From an uncultured Acidobacteriota bacterium (GTDB lineage: Bacteria; Acidobacteriota; Vicinamibacteria; Vicinamibacterales; UBA2999): a stretch of 64,000 nt of DNA. The first letter of the stretch is position 1. Every line of letters starts with the position of its first letter. This document shows positions 62,151-64,000 of the stretch, piece by piece. The position numbers and the translations under genes were made by a program. The stretch lies in contig CAWAYR010000018.1 of assembly GCA_963786365.1 (NCBI GenBank), positions 596,078-660,077 on the forward strand. Direction: 5' to 3'. The notes beneath the pieces are model-generated. The model was given only the letters and a program-made list of their open reading frames with translations. It had not been told where the DNA came from and did no database searches.

Positions 62151-63120
62151 TCACGCCACGCGGTAGCGGCGCACTTGTTCGCCGACGGCGAACGAGGCGC
62201 GGAAGATCGACTCGACCGCAGGCCGCCGGGCAGGCGGTGACGGCCGACCGCGGCGAGCGCCGCCGAGGCGATGCAGCCGCAGCGCGCACAGTCGGGTGTG
62301 CCGCCGAACTGGCACGGCGTGATCCGCTTCTCGAGGTCGGCCGAGATGCACTCGGTCGTCTGCGCGAAGATGCAGTCCTCGGGCGAGGACGGCGGAGTCG
62401 GCCAGGGCGTCGATCAGGCCCTTGGGCATCTGCAGCTTGGGATAGCGCAGTCCGCAGCTCGTGCAGTGTGGTGACGATGTGGGCCCGATCGTCCGCGGTC
62501 AGACACTCGGGCGACTCCTCGCCGACCTGCGGGGTGTAGAGGCTGACCCAGATCGTGCGGACGTTGTCGTTGGCCGACCAGGTCGTCAGGAACTCCTCGA
62601 GGTAGCCGTCACGCGACGCCTGCTGGCGGGTGACCGTGCAGTGCACGGTGATGCGATGGCCGTCGATGTTCTTCAGGATGCGCGCATACGTGGCCGGCGC
62701 CCGCCGGACGTCGTGTTCGGCCGGCAAGCCGTCGATCGACACGCAGATCTGCAGCCGAGGCAGGGCCGCCCAGGCGGCCGGAATCGGCGCGACGGCACTG
62801 GTCACCAGCTGGGTGTAGATGCCCCGCTCGGCGAGGATCGGCAGCAGCGTCTCCAGCTCGCGCCGGCGCACCAGCGGCTCGCCGCCGACGATCGACAGGT
62901 GCAGGGGCTTGTAGCGATCGACGAGTCCGAGGACGCCGTCGATCAGCGCCTGGCCGCGCAGGTCGCGCACCTCGCGCAGGGTGACGCCGCCGCCCAGGTG
63001 CTCGCTGCCGTAGGCGTAACAGCCGGGGCAGTGCAGCGGGCACTCGCGCGTGATTTCGATCGATAGATTCGGCCGGTGTCCTTGCAGGATCCGGCCCCAT
63101 GCTCGCAACACACCTTCCAT
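62151..63120 (-). CDS. Radical SAM protein (frameshifted near the C-terminus)
   Basis: CPLHCPGC motif, VGGEPL, VSIDG; Cys-rich C-terminus. Confidence 0.88.
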
Positions 63121-63171
63121 GAGACGCCTCGGCAGTCCGCTCGCCGTCCTCCGACTGTAGCACCACTCCGG

Positions 63172-63866
63172 TCACGTCAGGGTCGGCACCATCGGGACGA
63201 AGCGCACCGGCAGGCTGCGCTCGGTGACGACGCCGTGTGCGGTCTTCCGTAGAATCCGCAGTTCCTGTTCGCCGGGATGTGGTCCAACCGGCACGACCAT
63301 CGTGCCGCCGATGGCCAGCTGGTCGACGAGCGACTCCGGCAGCGCGTCCGGCGCCGCCGTGACGATGACCTTCGGAAACGGCGCGTGCTCGGGCCACCCG
63401 CCGTAGCCGTCGCCGTGGCGGACGTGGACGTGGCGATAACCCAGCTCATCGAGCGTAACGCGCGCCCGCTCGGCCAGCTCCGGCACGACCTCGACGGAGT
63501 AGACCTCGTGCGCAATCTCGCCGAGGACGGCGGTCTGATAGCCGGATCCAGTGCCGATCTCCAGGACCACATCAGCCGGCGACAGCGCCAGCGCCTCGGT
63601 CATGAACGCGACGATGTACGGCTGTGAGATGGTCTGTCCGAAGCCGATGGGGAGCGGCCGATCGTCATAGGCCCAGCCTGCTGGTCCTCCGGCACGAAGC
63701 GATGACGCGGCACGCTCCGCATGGCGGTCAGCACCTGCGGGTCGCTGATACCGCGGCCCTGAATCTGGCGGTCGACCATCCGGCCGGCCTCCGCCGCGCG
63801 CGCGTCGGCGGTCGCGGACGGCGGGGCGGCCGCGCCGCGCGCCCGCAGCCACCGGCCGATGCTCAC
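63172..63866 (-). CDS. pcm: Protein-L-isoaspartate O-methyltransferase (frameshifted)
   Basis: VPRHRFV, GQTISQPYIV, VLEIGTGSGYQ, GDGYGGWPEHAPF, VRFVPM. Confidence 0.94.
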
Positions 63867-64000
63867 GGCAGCTTCAGCGCCGCTTTGAGCTGTGCGGCGG
63901 TCAGCCCTTTCACGTAGACCGGGGTGCCGGCGTCGAACTCGCGGGCCCGGGCCAGCCCGCCGACCACCACCGGATCGAAGCCGGCGTCCTCGACCAGGCG
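63863..64000 (-). CDS. C-terminal end of an NADP oxidoreductase (F420-dependent reductase-like) protein, partial
   Basis: LVEDAGFDPVVVGGLARAREFDAGTPVY...LKLP stop. Confidence 0.65.
   Translation of the reverse strand, partial: RLVEDAGFDPVVVGGLARAREFDAGTPVYVKGLTAAQLKAALKLP

Overview
High-GC bacterial chromosome segment. The taxonomic call is inferred from gene content: an ADOP-type permease, two VWFA-related proteins and carboxypeptidase-domain TonB receptors point to Acidobacteriota, probably Vicinamibacteria-like. Many genes, including conserved housekeeping ones, are split by single-base indels, most simply explained by an unpolished long-read assembly; the calls below join these fragments, so ends are approximate. 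Core content: rpsA, cmk, rluB-like, scpB/scpA, trpS, uvrC, ku, tdk, efp, hsp20-htrA, mpg, uvrA, a c-di-GMP module, tRNA-Thr(CGT), phoD, two TonB receptors, nadE, glpKF, ggt and pcm. Most notable observations: (1) a dispersed family of heptamer tandem arrays (AGCCCCT/AGTCCCG-like), often paired as inverted arms, one of which sits in frame inside uvrC and adds about 45 aa; (2) an exact 36-bp tandem duplication of the tRNA-Thr 3' half, followed by an atypical islet of small Cys-rich and J-domain proteins; (3) a cluster of DnaA-box-like motifs upstream of a small basic coiled-coil protein; (4) an Sfp-type PPTase coupled to a PptH-like phosphoesterase, a possible writer/eraser pair; (5) an EF-P with Asn at the modification site; (6) many apparently leaderless genes. 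No CRISPR array, integrase or transposase was recognised.
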